From IMG/VR virus record IMGVR_UViG_3300029124_000021: a stretch of 34,434 nt of DNA; one strand, written 5' to 3'. The position numbers were made by a program, and so were the translations under genes. Each line of letters starts with the position of its first letter. Position 1 is the stretch's first letter. The DNA is from a virus. Under the pieces are notes generated by a model that saw nothing but the letters and a program-made list of their open reading frames with translations, had not been told where the DNA came from and ran no database searches. Positions 34,108 to 34,434 of this stretch are shown one piece after another.

Positions 34108-34434
34108 ATGATAGAAGAATTAAAAGAGATATTTGAACTTGCCACATCTCTAACAACATTGGCAAAAGAGATTTTAAAGTTAAAACCAAATAATAAAAAT
34201 GCAAATGAAAATGATATAATTATTGCAAATAAGAACAACTACGCACAAATCGGAAGTTCTGGCAACTACGCACAAATCGGAAGTTCTGGCAACTCCGCAC
34301 TAATCGGAAGTTCTGGCTACTCCGCACAAATCGGAAGTTCTGGCAACTACGCACAAATCGGAAGTTCTGGCGACTACGCACAAATCGGAAGTTCTGGCTA
34401 CTCCGCACAAATCGGAAGTTCTGGCGACTACGCA
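34108..34434 (+). CDS. 5' portion (3'-truncated at the window edge) of the tandem-repeat protein: 47-aa N-terminus then IGSSGxxAQ repeats
   Basis: RBS aaggag 7 nt upstream of ATG 34108. The frame runs into the 27-bp repeat array and stays open to the window end. Confidence 0.6.
   Translation, partial: MIEELKEIFELATSLTTLAKEILKLKPNNKNANENDIIIANKNNYAQIGSSGNYAQIGSSGNSALIGSSGYSAQIGSSGNYAQIGSSGDYAQIGSSGYSAQIGSSGDYA
34250..34434 (+). repeat. 6.85 tandem copies of the same 27-bp unit as at 1-189
   Basis: Units at 34250, 34277, 34304, 34331, 34358, 34385 and a 23-nt partial unit at 34412. Variation is at the same 4 unit positions. Confidence 0.95.

Noticed and set aside
34220-34408. Minus-strand ORF through the repeats (MRSSQNFRFVRS...) and the DGR (diversity-generating retroelement) interpretation of the A-associated variation
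   Set aside because: The minus frame is short and lacks a non-repetitive context, while the plus frame has a start signal and continues to 797. No reverse transcriptase (YxDD) ORF or separate template repeat exists in the window, and several adenines in the unit are invariant.
1-34434. Assigning a specific host genus
   Set aside because: Composition, TTG usage and the lysin format only suggest a low-GC, possibly diderm host. No uptake sequences, tRNAs or host flanks are present to support a genus-level call.

Overview
The window reads as an essentially complete, circularly permuted ~34.4-kb genome of a temperate, PBSX-like contractile-tailed phage (possibly a phage-plasmid) from a low-GC host (roughly 33-35% GC by eye; many TTG starts). 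A long ORF containing 27-bp/9-aa tandem repeats starts at 34108, runs off the 3' end of the window and continues in phase from position 1 to 797, so the window ends appear to lie inside one gene of a circular molecule. Approximate layout: (i) 0.8-4.1 kb early/accessory genes (LuxR-type HTH, Zn-ribbon and Cys-rich small proteins, a minimal C5-methyltransferase-like protein, a secreted protein); (ii) 4.6-24 kb late module in PBSX order: TerS, TerL, portal, MuF-like minor head protein, scaffold, major capsid, connectors, sheath, tube, chaperone with a -1 frameshift site, tape measure, baseplate and fibre genes, interrupted at 15.4-16.6 kb by a two-gene reverse-strand cassette; (iii) 24-28 kb AT-rich accessory cluster plus lysis genes (XhlA-like membrane protein and an Amidase_2 endolysin without a wall-binding domain); (iv) 28-30.6 kb lysogeny region (winged-helix protein, membrane-anchored HTH protein, CI-like S24 repressor, divergent RHH Cro-like gene) with no recognisable integrase; (v) a 30.6-31.1 kb structured non-coding leader with tandem terminators; (vi) 31.1-34 kb recombination/replication genes (ERF, replisome-organizer-like with in-gene iterons). 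All calls are from motif and synteny reading only; no database searches were run.
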